A stretch of 64,000 nt of DNA from Pseudovirgaria hyperparasitica. Lineage: Eukaryota. The position numbers and the translations under genes are program-made. How positions within the stretch are numbered: position 1 is the stretch's first letter; each line of letters opens with the position of its first letter. The notes beneath the pieces are model-generated. The model saw nothing but the letters and a program-made list of their open reading frames with translations. It was not told where the DNA came from and ran no database searches. The DNA is taken from the NCBI GenBank assembly GCA_010093815.1, contig ML996570.1; one strand, written 5' to 3'. This document shows positions 23,644 through 34,730 of the stretch, in pieces.

Positions 23644-25185
23644 ATGGCCACCGTACCACCTCCTCCAAGCAAGCGTCAGAAAACTGCGGCCGCAGCGCGA
23701 GCCAAGGAACAACAAGACATCACAGAACACGTCCCTGAAGGATCGGTGCGAATACGGTTTGTCGATCAAGCAACAGGCCAAACAGGTTCTCTTCCAGTCA
23801 TCTCCGTCCCTCTTGCGCGCGCCTCTACAAAGAATCTCGAGACCCTACTGAACGGGCTACAAGAGCACGGCGATGAGCAAATACCCTACCGGTTCTTTTA
23901 TTCTACGGCCAACGGCGGGGTCGCATTAGGGGATAGGGATGATGTATATCGGACTTTGATAGCGTCTGGCAAGGCCACGACAGAAACAGAGATTTCTTTA
24001 CAGTACACGCCACAAGCTGTATTCAGAGTCAGAGCAGTATCACGTTGTTCCGCTGCGGTGTCTGGACATGGGGAGGCAATATTAGCCATTCAATTCTCCC
24101 CAACGTCGTCCTCCCGCGTCGCCAGTGGAGCGGGAGACGGTTCTGCAAGAATATGGGATTGCGATACTGGTACAATCGTATACACCTTAAAGGGTCACAA
24201 GGGATGGGTGCTTGCTGTGAGTTGGTCCCCAGACGGCAGTATCCTAGCTACAGGAGGCTCCGACAGCATGGTCAGACTTTGGGACCCTGCAACGGGGAAA
24301 GAGCTCGGAGGACCGATGAAAGCGCACAAGAAGCCAATCACGAATCTCTCCTGGGAGCCATATCACAAGCAAGAGTCGGGACGACCTCGGTTTGCTTCAT
24401 CGTCACAGGATTCTACTGTCGTGATTTGGGACGCTGTGAGAAGAAAGATTGACTTCTCCCTGACGGGTCACAAGGATTCCGTAAAGTGCGTCAAATGGGG
24501 AGGTACTGGATCAATATATACTGCCTCACACGACAAGACAGTAAAAGTTTGGGATGCGACAAATGGCCAACTTCAGTTCACCTTGAACTCACATGCACAT
24601 TGGGTCAACCACCTTGCGCTTTCGACCGACTTTGCTATCCGCACTGCATATCACGACCACACGAGGAAAACTCCAGCGACCGAGGAGGAGAAAGTAGCCA
24701 AAGCAAAGGAACGCTTTGAAAAGGCCGCAAGGGTTGGTGGGCAAATCACCGAGCGACTAGTCACGGCAAGCGACGATTGCACAGTCTTTCTTTGGAGTCC
24801 TTCAGTATCACAAAAACCTGTTGCGCGACTTACGGGGCATCAGAAGCAAGTCAACCATGTCACGTTCTCTCCAGATGGCGCCTACATAGCGTCCGCTGGA
24901 TTCGATAATCATGTCAAGTTATGGTCCGGCCGGGATGGCAGTTTCATTTCATCTCTCCGGGGTCACGTTGCTTCGGTCTATCAATGCTGTTTCTCTGCAG
25001 ACAGTCGTCTCCTCGTCAGCTCAAGCAAAGACACGACACTGAAAGCTTGGGATGTACGGACGGGCAAGATCAAGGAGGATCTCCCAGGCCACAAGGACGA
25101 AGTCTATGCCGTCGACTGGAGCCCAGACGGTGAAAAGGTTGCGAGTGGAGGTGCTGATAAGCAAGTCAGGATATGGCGGCATTGA
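23644..25185 (+). CDS. RSA4: Ribosome assembly protein Rsa4 / Notchless (NLE + WD40)
   Basis: MATVPPPPSKRQK start, YTPQAVFRVRAVSRCS, HAHWVNHLALSTD, WD repeats ending VRIWRH. Confidence 0.93.
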   Translation: MATVPPPPSKRQKTAAAARAKEQQDITEHVPEGSVRIRFVDQATGQTGSLPVISVPLARASTKNLETLLNGLQEHGDEQIPYRFFYSTANGGVALGDRDDVYRTLIASGKATTETEISLQYTPQAVFRVRAVSRCSAAVSGHGEAILAIQFSPTSSSRVASGAGDGSARIWDCDTGTIVYTLKGHKGWVLAVSWSPDGSILATGGSDSMVRLWDPATGKELGGPMKAHKKPITNLSWEPYHKQESGRPRFASSSQDSTVVIWDAVRRKIDFSLTGHKDSVKCVKWGGTGSIYTASHDKTVKVWDATNGQLQFTLNSHAHWVNHLALSTDFAIRTAYHDHTRKTPATEEEKVAKAKERFEKAARVGGQITERLVTASDDCTVFLWSPSVSQKPVARLTGHQKQVNHVTFSPDGAYIASAGFDNHVKLWSGRDGSFISSLRGHVASVYQCCFSADSRLLVSSSKDTTLKAWDVRTGKIKEDLPGHKDEVYAVDWSPDGEKVASGGADKQVRIWRH

Positions 25186-25270
25186 TCCTTATTTTGAACC
25201 TTTATATCCCTGGACGATACAGAGCTTGCTCATAATTTAGTACGGATAGCAGTGCGATTGCAAGACGGCC

Positions 25271-25910
25271 TCATTTGATATCCTTGCTACCCACCACCGT
25301 ACCAAAGCAATCGTCCAGTTCAAGAAGAACCGTCTACACAACGAGTTAGAGACCTATACCAATACAGTCACGGGGGCAAGCTCACCTTTGTCAATTCCGC
25401 CCCGCCCACACCAGGAATGTCCCTATCTCCAATGGCATCACGGGCAAGCACAACTTCGTATCCTGCCTGATATGCCTCGCGCGCTGTTGTGCTCACACAA
25501 ACATGCGCCATATACCCCGCAAGCACAACCTTATTTACACCCCATCCCTTCAGCGTCTCGTCCAAGTTGGTCTTCGTGAACGATCCGGGGAAGTTCTTTT
25601 GAATCAGCACCTCATTCTCAGCACCGCTCTTGATGGCGAGCTCTTCGAATTCGCTTGCAAGCGGCGTATCGGGTGTGAAAACGGGTGCGCCGGCGGGAAC
25701 TTGGTGCACAACGTGAACGATGCGGCCTCCGGCTGCGCGATAGGCTGACAGCAGTGATCCTATGGCGGCACGCGAAGACTTGACATCGGCCACAGCGAGC
25801 TTTCCCTCTGCATATTCATTCTGAGCGTCGATGATGACGAGTGCGGAGTCGTTGGTCGTGGCTGTTAGCGGGGCCTGGCCGAGGGTTTGGCGGAATGAGA
25901 GAGGAGCCAT
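25271..25910 (-). CDS. Isochorismatase-family cysteine hydrolase
   Basis: ALVIIDAQNEY, KNFPGSF, GYMAHVCVSTT (D-K-C triad); intron 25385-25334. Confidence 0.9.
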
Positions 25911-26512
25911 GATGTATCACGAAATAATGGTCTTTGATCCTATGATATAGAGAGGGCTGAGCTGCGAAATATGGACAATGGTAACTACAATGTTCTAGTT
26001 TATATATATGATGAGCTCATTACCCCTCTTCGCGCCGGTCCGCTGGTCCGCTGGTTTGCTCCACAAAGTCGTCATGTTTCCGCAGTTGCGCGAATGTGAG
26101 AGCTTGTTGATGAAACTGAGAAAATAGACTTCAAGCTTCTGAGACTGTAAAGCACGGTACATAAAGAATTCGATGTAACGGATGGATGCGGACCGACCCC
26201 TCGGGCCTTTTTACGACTACTACAGGCGTTTTTCGTCCGTTGAATGCATGAGGCTTCAACGACGTCAACGCCACGATTTTAGGCGCAATGTCAGGACGAT
26301 CCCGTAGAATCCTACGTCTCACTGCGGAAGCTCGCCCGTAGATTCGGGCCAAATGTGCATTACTCATCTCCATCGGCAGGCCGGCTCCTAGAATCCCGAC
26401 CTCAGCTGCTATTGAAGTCTCAAGTACGTAGTGCCTCAAGACACCAATTTCCTGCTCATTTATAGCTTTGTAGCCCATCAGAATACCTTCGAATACGGCT
26501 CATACACGCGCA

Positions 26513-27538
26513 ATGAAGATGGATACAAAGATAGTACCCGAAATAGAACAACTGGCATCCCAGACCCGCATATCGGGCCTACCCCCGAGCACGACATCAT
26601 CGCACCACCCGACGATGGCGACATCACACAATCTCACTGCAACACCTGCAGGATCTCCACCCACACCTACGGCCACGTCCACGTCCAGCAGCAACAACAA
26701 CAAAAACAACACCGTCCTCTACCTCGCCTACGGCTCCAACCTCGCATCCTCCACCTTCCGCGGCACACGCAACATCCACCCGCTCTCCAGCACAAACGTC
26801 CTCGTGCCCTCTCTCAAACTCACCTTCGACCTCCCCGGCTTGCCATACGCTGAGCCCTGCTTCGCAAACACGCACGCGCGCGATCCAGGGAATCCGACCA
26901 CCGACGATCCCGCCTGGAAACACGGACTCGTCGGCGTGGTATACGAAGTCACGCGCGAGGACTATGCCATCATCATCAACACCGAGGGCGGCGGCGCGAG
27001 CTATGCCGATGTCAGCGTGCGCTGCTGGCCGCTTGCGCGCGGGCTGAGGGATGTGCCTGGCGAGGGGGAATTGGTTCCGGACGGGGGGTTTCTGGCTCAT
27101 ACGCTGCTTGCGCCGGCGGGGCGAGGGAGACGCGGGAAGGTGGTGCTGGATGCGCAGCCGAGTGTGCGGTACAAGGGGTTGTTGACGACCGGGGCGGACG
27201 AGCATGATTTGCCGGCGTCGTATCGGGTGTATCTAGACGGGCTTCCGGCGTATCGGATTACGCAGTGGAGGCAGGGCGTGGGGAAGGTGACGGTTATTGC
27301 GATGTTTGGGCCGTTGGTGCTGGGGCTTATTGGCTTGGGTAAGGTGTTGGGGGATAGGCATGGGAGGATTCCGAGGTGGTTGGGGGATGTCATGACGGTG
27401 GTGTTCAAGGTTATGTGGGCTATGTATGAGGTGGTGTTCAAGCCGGCGTTTGGTGATGGTGAGAAGACGGTCGGGAGCGAGCAGGATCGAGGTGAGCGGA
27501 CGAGTCTGCTTTGTGAGAAGACGAGGCTGCGGGACTGA
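26513..27538 (+). CDS. Gamma-glutamyl cyclotransferase, GliK-like, with C-terminal hydrophobic segments
   Basis: LYLAYGSNL, LTFDLPGLPYAEPCFAN, GVVYEVT..DY..I..TEGGG, FGDGE; true start may be ATG 26615. Confidence 0.82.
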   Translation: MKMDTKIVPEIEQLASQTRISGLPPSTTSSHHPTMATSHNLTATPAGSPPTPTATSTSSSNNNKNNTVLYLAYGSNLASSTFRGTRNIHPLSSTNVLVPSLKLTFDLPGLPYAEPCFANTHARDPGNPTTDDPAWKHGLVGVVYEVTREDYAIIINTEGGGASYADVSVRCWPLARGLRDVPGEGELVPDGGFLAHTLLAPAGRGRRGKVVLDAQPSVRYKGLLTTGADEHDLPASYRVYLDGLPAYRITQWRQGVGKVTVIAMFGPLVLGLIGLGKVLGDRHGRIPRWLGDVMTVVFKVMWAMYEVVFKPAFGDGEKTVGSEQDRGERTSLLCEKTRLRD

Positions 27539-28254
27539 GAGCATGACGCGCTGAGCGAGCCGCGACAAGGACGAGCTGTGTCGTGATGGGTTGATAATCT
27601 AGATTTCTCGGGCCACTCATATCATGGAAAGTATTCAAGCCGTACACCAGACGCCAATGTGTGGACTGACCTCGCGCTGCTATGTAGATAGATATCTGGA
27701 CCAGCCGACCGACATTTCGGTATCCATTGGCAAATCCAAAAAGACATACCAGCGATCCGAAGCTGTGTCGCAAAAATATTCAGAGTCAGAGATGCACGAC
27801 TAACCTATCATATCGCTGGTATCATCTGCTTATTATTAAAAAAACCCTTAATACTGATTTCCATGGATTTTAAAGTGGGTCCATTCACCTCTATCAACAA
27901 TGCGCCTCTGCTTGTGCGACCTCTGCCAGCGCGAGCATTTCCCCGTGGATCCAATGAATAGAGGGAGATTGACTTGAAAAGTTAGACTGGCGTCTGTCTG
28001 TCCTGCAAAGCCAATTGAAAATCTGAATTTTACGTGCTTTGGCCGTCAATAGCTGGGTCCTGACTGGATCGAGCCTGCACTGTCTATAGCGGGCGGGTCT
28101 TGGGCACGCAGCAAACAATCGTGGACCCCCAGGAATAAATAGTTGCGCTTAGCCTTCGACGTGAGAATCACTTGTTTCTTCTTCCTCGCACATACTTGCT
28201 TCTCCCTCACACATACTTGCTTCTCCTCATTCATACCCCTCTAACACCGACACG

Positions 28255-30312
28255 ATGGACTCTTCAAGGACATCTTCCTACACACACACTTCTATCGGGG
28301 CATACTCGATGCAGAACAATCATAGGGGTGTCAAGCATCAGCGTGTTGTGACCGAACCTGCTGGTTCAGATCGGTCTCAAGCTTCGTTGCGTCAGAATTC
28401 TCAGCAAAAGCTGACAAGTCCTACCGCAATTCAAACTAACTGTCCCGAAACCGAGTTACTACAGCCTTCAGAAGTCAGCGTGCGTCAGGAGGCAGCTATC
28501 AACCCATTTACCACTGTTCAACACCAGGAATCACGCCATGCACACGCGCCGACGGTAGACGGGCGGAGGATGTATGACGGCAATTATTCAGTGCCACGGC
28601 GGAAGCGTCGAAAGCCAAGTCCACCGCAGCTCCTCACACCTTGGTTTTTCCCACCTTCGTCTGCAATGACCGAAGATCAAGCACCGAGTCAGCTGCTGCA
28701 GGGGCATACAGACTGTGATGAGAACGATATGGACGTAAGACTCCTGCACCAACACGAAGAGAGCTCTACCTATTGCTCAGTCCCTTCCAAGCATATTCTT
28801 CCGAGGATAAAGAAAAGGAGCCAGCCAGTCTGGCCCGAAGTCTCCTATCAAGACATCTCAAGACCGGGTGTGTCGGAGATCTCTAAAGCTCCTGATACCT
28901 GGTTTCAAGGACCCTTCTTTGACTCCACGCCGACTCGGTCGCGAAGCAGAAGTGGATCGCTACCGGAATACTCCCTCTTCCCGGACGAAGAGGTGGATGA
29001 CGGTCCCGCTATAACTCTACAGCGCACGAGAACGTCACATATGTCGTTCGATTCTGGCATAGCAGGCTTCAGTGATGATTTGAGAGATGGGAATACCATT
29101 GATTCCAAGGCCAAGGGGCACCTTGAGCCGCAAGTTGAGTCACAATCTTCGATCGAGTCACATGTCTCCCCGAGAGACTATCAAGTTCTACAGGAGATGA
29201 CACAAGCTTCACAGCTGAGAGGAGAGGAGGAGAAGAGGCAAGCGGAGGACAGGGAGGCAGCCGAGGACGAGAGTGAGACGGAAGAGGAGTCCGAGAAGAT
29301 GACAAAGAAGGCAGACAAGGACGACATCACAGTCCCATCGCCTCAGATCATCCAGCTGTACGGGCTAGTTCAGGAACTTTTTGCCCACGATCCCTTCAAA
29401 ATGATCATTGCCTGCATTTTCATGAGACAGGCAACACCGGAGAGACGCACCAAGAAGCCTACAAAGGCAGCTCTGGAGAAGACTGCGAAGAAAACCGCAG
29501 ACGCCATCCGCGAGTTTTGGCGTTTCATTGCATTACATCCCACGCCAGCTGAGGTGGCAATTACGCCCTCTTACACTACCCTGGAACCCCCGAGACAGGG
29601 ACGCGTTGTCTTACATGGCCTCTGCGAGATATTCAATCGTCTCGGCGACTGGCGTGGTGCCGAAACCATCATCGATATCAGCAAGATGTGGCTACACAAA
29701 ATGCCAATCAAAGGCCAGCGCTTCCATATTTCCCACGAGGAACACGACATCATTCTCGGCGACGACAATGCCCCCAAGAATCGGAGTGATGCATTCGAAA
29801 TCAGTCACCTCCCTGGCATCAGTGCGTATGAACTGGATTGCTTCCGCATATTCTCTCGCGACATATTGCGTGGCAAAGCAACCAACTTCAACGGCGGCGG
29901 CGCGACTGACCCATCATTCCAGCCTGAATGGACACGCGTTCTCCCTCGAGACGAGACACTCAAGGAGTTTGTAAAGTGGATGTGGCTGAAAAAGGGGATG
30001 TGCTGGAACAAGTCAACGGGGGTCAAGCGAGCACTCCGCGAGGATGAGATGGAGAAGACACGCGTTGCACTGGAGCAGCAAGAGAAGTCGATCGAGAGCA
30101 GGACGGCGGAACTAGGAGGTCTCATCAAGACCGTGGAAGTCGAGCTGTTGAACGAGTGGAAGAGCAGGGCAAACGCCGAGTGCGAAGAAGCACAATCACT
30201 GAGAGAGATGGAGTGTCCCGCCACTCTCGTCGTCGCCGCTTTCTGGCAAAACAACCCCGACGACGTGAGCGACGACTCGGATATCTCGGACATGGACGAC
30301 TTGGACGATTGA
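28255..30312 (+). CDS. MBD4-like HhH DNA glycosylase domain protein with long disordered N-terminus
   Basis: YGLVQELFAHDPFKMIIACIF, HPTP, HLPGISAYELDCFRIF, EWTRVLPRD..L..FVKWMW parallel the MBD4 glycosylase domain. Confidence 0.75.
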   Translation: MDSSRTSSYTHTSIGAYSMQNNHRGVKHQRVVTEPAGSDRSQASLRQNSQQKLTSPTAIQTNCPETELLQPSEVSVRQEAAINPFTTVQHQESRHAHAPTVDGRRMYDGNYSVPRRKRRKPSPPQLLTPWFFPPSSAMTEDQAPSQLLQGHTDCDENDMDVRLLHQHEESSTYCSVPSKHILPRIKKRSQPVWPEVSYQDISRPGVSEISKAPDTWFQGPFFDSTPTRSRSRSGSLPEYSLFPDEEVDDGPAITLQRTRTSHMSFDSGIAGFSDDLRDGNTIDSKAKGHLEPQVESQSSIESHVSPRDYQVLQEMTQASQLRGEEEKRQAEDREAAEDESETEEESEKMTKKADKDDITVPSPQIIQLYGLVQELFAHDPFKMIIACIFMRQATPERRTKKPTKAALEKTAKKTADAIREFWRFIALHPTPAEVAITPSYTTLEPPRQGRVVLHGLCEIFNRLGDWRGAETIIDISKMWLHKMPIKGQRFHISHEEHDIILGDDNAPKNRSDAFEISHLPGISAYELDCFRIFSRDILRGKATNFNGGGATDPSFQPEWTRVLPRDETLKEFVKWMWLKKGMCWNKSTGVKRALREDEMEKTRVALEQQEKSIESRTAELGGLIKTVEVELLNEWKSRANAECEEAQSLREMECPATLVVAAFWQNNPDDVSDDSDISDMDDLDD

Positions 30313-31017
30313 AGAGACTTGGGCGATGATGGGAAGACCTGCCATCACAGAAACTACGTGATAGCCATTCAGAAGACGGAGGCGGCAAGGCCATACAATC
30401 GGCTACGCTACGATGCCGCAAGGAGCAGCTGCGAGGAGCCAGTGACGACACAGTCAAGAATCAGGGATGTACTTGATGGGACGCTCCGGTGGCTGGATAT
30501 GAGGCATATCATGTGGGCATTTCAGGGAGTCTATACAGCTATTCCGGCCAGCGCCATCACGACTATTCGGGGATATCAAGAGGCGTTGTGATGGCCCCTG
30601 AACAGGGGTCTCGCATTCTCGGTGGTTCTGGGAACTGGGATGTCTCGTAATTAAGCATGGTCTGGAGTTATACGGCCTTGAATAGATACATGATAGAGGC
30701 CTGAATGGATTTTTGCAACACCATCTTTTACAGCTGTCACATGCCGAAGCACGGATGTGATATGATGAAACGGAGCGGTGTGCCTTGCAAAACAAACCCC
30801 ACATGAACTCCTGAACGTGGACCCTGACTGCCCCTCGCCGCTAGAACTACTGGTTGCCCCTGCCCCACACCGCAGAGCTTCATCCATCGGATTCATTCAT
30901 ATAGAAGAGAAACCTCACACCTTCACACTTCACACCAAAGTACCGTAGCAATCCGACATCTCCAACTCCCACTCACCCTCCAATTGATCCTCCAAGATCC
31001 CCCAAGCCACTCCCACA

Positions 31018-31960
31018 ATGGCTCAGACCCCGACAGCAGCATCTTCGTACCCACCCGAAGACGAGCGCGAGATCAAAAACACCATCGTGCTCTTCGACGT
31101 CGACCAAACCCTCACCATCCCGCGCGGCGTACGTCTCTCCTTCCTCTTCCTCTCCTCTACTCTCCCTGCTCCTTCCCAAACCCACCACCAACACAGCCAC
31201 ACCCATCTCTAAACACCGCGCTCACCATCCCGTCTTCCCCAAACAGAAAGCCACACCCCCAATCCTCGCCCTGCTCTCCGCCCTCCGCAAAAAAGTCCCA
31301 ATCGGCTACATCGGCGGCTCCAACCTCCCCAAACAACAAGACCAACTCGGCGACGCCGCCGGCACAGACGTCCGCAACCTCTTCGACTACTGCTTTGCCG
31401 AAAACGGCCTCGTCGCCTTCCACGGGCCCACCTCCCTCGGCGACGCCTCCTTCATCCAGTCCATCGGCGACGCACAGTACAAGCTGCTAGTCAACTGGGT
31501 CCTGCGCTACATTGCCGACCTCGACATCCCGGTCAAGCGCGGCACCTTTGTCGAGTTCCGCCGCGGCATGATCAACGTATCGCCCATCGGGCGCAACGCA
31601 AGCCAGGAAGAGCGCGTCGCGTTTGAGCAGTACGACAAAGTGGCCCGGGTGCGCCAGACCATGGTCGACCGCATGCGCGCCGAGTTTGCGCATCTGGGGC
31701 TCACGTTTAGCATCGGCGGGCAGATTTCGTTTGACGTCTTCCCTGCCGGCTGGGATAAGACGTATGTGCTTAGGTATCTGCCGGAGGAGCGCTGGGCGAC
31801 GGTGCATTTCTTTGGTGACAAGTATGTCGAGGGCGGGAATGATTATGAGATGATTGTGCATCCGCGGGTTACGCCGCATAGGGTGGATAGTCCGGAGCAT
31901 ACGATGCGGGATGTGATTGCGACGTTTTTCCCGGAGGGGTATGTTGAGGAGAAGGCGTGA
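31018..31960 (+). CDS. SEC53: Phosphomannomutase (HAD family)
   Basis: LFDVDQTL, FAENG, KRGTFVEFR.GMINVSPIGRNA, SIGGQISFDVFP.GWDKTY, HFFGDK...GGNDYE; intron 31129-31246. Confidence 0.88.
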
Positions 31961-32272
31961 CTTGCTGGTGGTGGTGGTGGTGGTGGGTATGGATATGGAT
32001 GCATGCATGGGGGAAATGATAAAGCGGGAGGATGAAAATCAGGTGTTTGTAGCCACCGATTGTCAATGGGCAGAGGAGGGTGACACGACTAGTCACGACA
32101 CAGGCTGTTTGAGAGAATAGCCCTTTGAGGCTCTCCGACGGCCCGAACATCTCACTCAAGTTACTTGGAGGCAGAAAGTCGACGAAGCATAGAAGAATCC
32201 TTTTAGATGAAGCAAAAACACAGCCTAGAACACGGGTATTTACCACAAAGAGACATGCAAATTCACGTCTAG

Positions 32273-32275
<3 letters not shown>

Positions 32276-32318
<43 letters not shown>

Positions 32319-32319
32319 A
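32276..32319. repeat. (CA)n microsatellite
   Basis: Direct reading. Confidence 0.95.
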
Positions 32320-32885
32320 TGAACGTCAGAGGCCTTGCGCCGCAACAAGTCAATTGCTCTATAAAGGTTGGGAAAGAGACGAGGGGCAAAAGAACAACAA
32401 CAACAACAACGGAAAACAGGTATACCATGATGCTAAGCTAAGCTGAGATAAGCAGCAGACGACCATTCGTACAGATGAATATTTTTTGGTTTCCACCCAT
32501 TATTAACGACCCTACAAGCCCCCCGGTGTCTCTCATTCTCTCCCACGTTCACATGATGATGTTGATGTTGATGATGATGATAGTGAGGGCCCAATCAATG
32601 CAAAGAAAAGAAAAGTAAAAAAAGTCGATACTAGTAAATCAAGCAAGCGAAAACTAAAGAGGAGAGGCGTTTGTGTCGTTGATGTGTGCAAGAGGCGCGC
32701 CCGTTGCTAGTCGTCGGTCGATTCCTGCACTGGAGCCTGGTATGGAGGGAGAGGTGGATGGACGTAGTGAGTAAAAGGAAATGGGGGAGAGGAAGGGGGA
32801 GAGAGAAAGAGAATATGCGCCCGTAGAAACATATAGAAACGCAAAATGTCAACTTTTGTTGCGGGGGGGGGGGGGGGGGGAATCA

Positions 32886-33920
32886 TCACATAAAGTCGTC
32901 ACTGGTCATTGTCAGCGATGCAGTTCCCTCAAGGTGTTTTTGCAAGATCATGTGCCAAAACTTACTCTCCAAAGTCGTCATCATAAGCTGCAGTGTCGGC
33001 CCTGCTGGAAACATCCCGTGTGGCGACTAGGCTGGCCTTTGTCTTTGCCGCCTTGGTCTTCTTGCCGCCCTTCTCGGCGGCCTTTTCTTCGCGCATCTTC
33101 TCGTTGCTCAGCGTCGTCAGTCCGGATGCAATCTTCTTGATCTGGTCGCTGGGCAGCTCCTTGGAAATGCCCTTGACAAACTCCTGCAAGAACAGGGCGT
33201 ATTGTGCTTTCTTGTAGTTGTTGGACAGTAAAGGTGTCAGCGTCTCGCGCAGCTTCGTGAACTGGTCCTTGGATGTCGGGTTGAACAGTGGCAGCGACGA
33301 CAGGTCAATCGCAGACGTAGGGTCCGCCTTGTCATTGTTGATGACAACGGGCTTCACGGCCGAGCGACCAGCCGGCACGCCAATATCGCCAAACAGATCC
33401 AGTGCGTTGCTCAGATCAGCCTCCTTCTCCTGCCGGCGCATACGGGCGCGGCGCTCGGCCTCGTCTTCCTCCTCGCTCGACTCGTCCTCCTCCTCCATCA
33501 TCTTCCGGCGTTGCTTCTCCTTGATGCGTTCCTCGACGCGCTGCGCCTTGGACTTGTGGTTTGCCTTTGCTTCCGCACCGGCTTTTGCTTTTGCCTCGGC
33601 GGCCTTTTTTGCTTTTTCACGCTCTACTTCCGAGTCTTCGGCGGCGTCCCAGGAGTCGAGGACCTGACGTGTGGCGCATGGTTAGTGCATGTGTAAAAGG
33701 GGGGAGGGCACGCGCTTTGGCCCCGGCAAGGAGACTTACATCATCGTCTTCCTCCTCGTCGTCAAACTTGCCGCGACGAGTCACGGCGATAAGGGGAGGC
33801 GAGGATGGAGGTGTGGACTCAGACTCCTCGTCGTCTAGATGGGGCCTGTTAGTGACGTTGTGCGCGCGCGCGATGCGGCTTTTCAGGAGATGACGTACCC
33901 CAGTTCTTTGACGGCGCCAT
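32886..33920 (-). CDS. HCR1: Translation initiation factor eIF3 subunit J
   Basis: MAPSKNW start, KFDDEE, VLDSWDAAEDSE, IKKIASGLTTLSNEKMREEK, ends DDDFM; three introns. Confidence 0.9.
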
Positions 33921-34276
33921 ATTGGGTAGCGTGAGTGTTGTAGCAGGTGTGAGGGCCTGCTATTGGGGCGAGACGTAGAGTACGGTAGAGCGATGCAAAG
34001 ACAAAAAACGGATTTTGGTATTGAGGCGTGCGGAAAGTGTGGGAGAGTGTGAGAGTGAGGTAAGTGTCGCGAAGTTGTTTCTAATTTAATGTTGGTGGGG
34101 AGTCAGGCATTCACCAGCCCAGCCCGACCAAAAGCCACCAGGACTCGCGCTAGAGCCCAGTCGACAGGCGTCGAATCGGCCGTCTCCGGAGTATATCGGC
34201 CTCCGCTGGCATGAAATTGATTAATTAATACATGCACCTCACGCAACAATAGTATTCCGCTCTTCACCTTTTGTTC

Positions 34277-34436
34277 ATTGATGGTTCAAGGTATTGATGG
34301 TTCAAGGTATTGATGGTTCAAGGTATTGATGGTTCAAGGTATTGATGGTTCAAGCCATTGATGGTTCAAGCCATTGATAGTTCAAGCCATTGATAGTTCA
34401 AGCCATTGATAGTTCAAGCCATTGATGGGTCAAGCC
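34277..34436. repeat. 16-nt minisatellite, 10 copies
   Basis: ATTGATGGTTCAAGGT x4, ATTGATGGTTCAAGCC x2, ATTGATAGTTCAAGCC x3, ATTGATGGGTCAAGCC x1. Confidence 0.95.
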
Positions 34437-34730
34437 ATTCTGGTCTTTGGTCTATTGTCGTTCTTATTCGCTATATCAAGAGTACTCAGTCATAGCGCTG
34501 CTCTTTGCAGATACTGCAGTCAAACGACATGTACTCATCTACGTAAAATGACTCAACACTCATTATGCCCTCTATAATTTTCCGACTGTACGCCCAGCAT
34601 TTCATGTGAAATGTACACTATTCTGCATCATCCATCTCCATGTCTCCATACTTCACTCATGTCCTGTCTCCATACCTCATGTCATGTCTCGTCTCATGTC
34701 ATGTTCTGCTGTCCCATGCAATGGCAGACT

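Noticed and set aside
26513..27538. Gliotoxin/ETP biosynthetic cluster
   Set aside because: The GliK-like gene is alone; no NRPS, P450, GST or thioredoxin reductase in the window.
32862..32880. G homopolymer (and C run near 55827-55849) as functional G-quadruplex elements
   Set aside because: Simple homopolymers are common in these intergenic regions; no supporting context.
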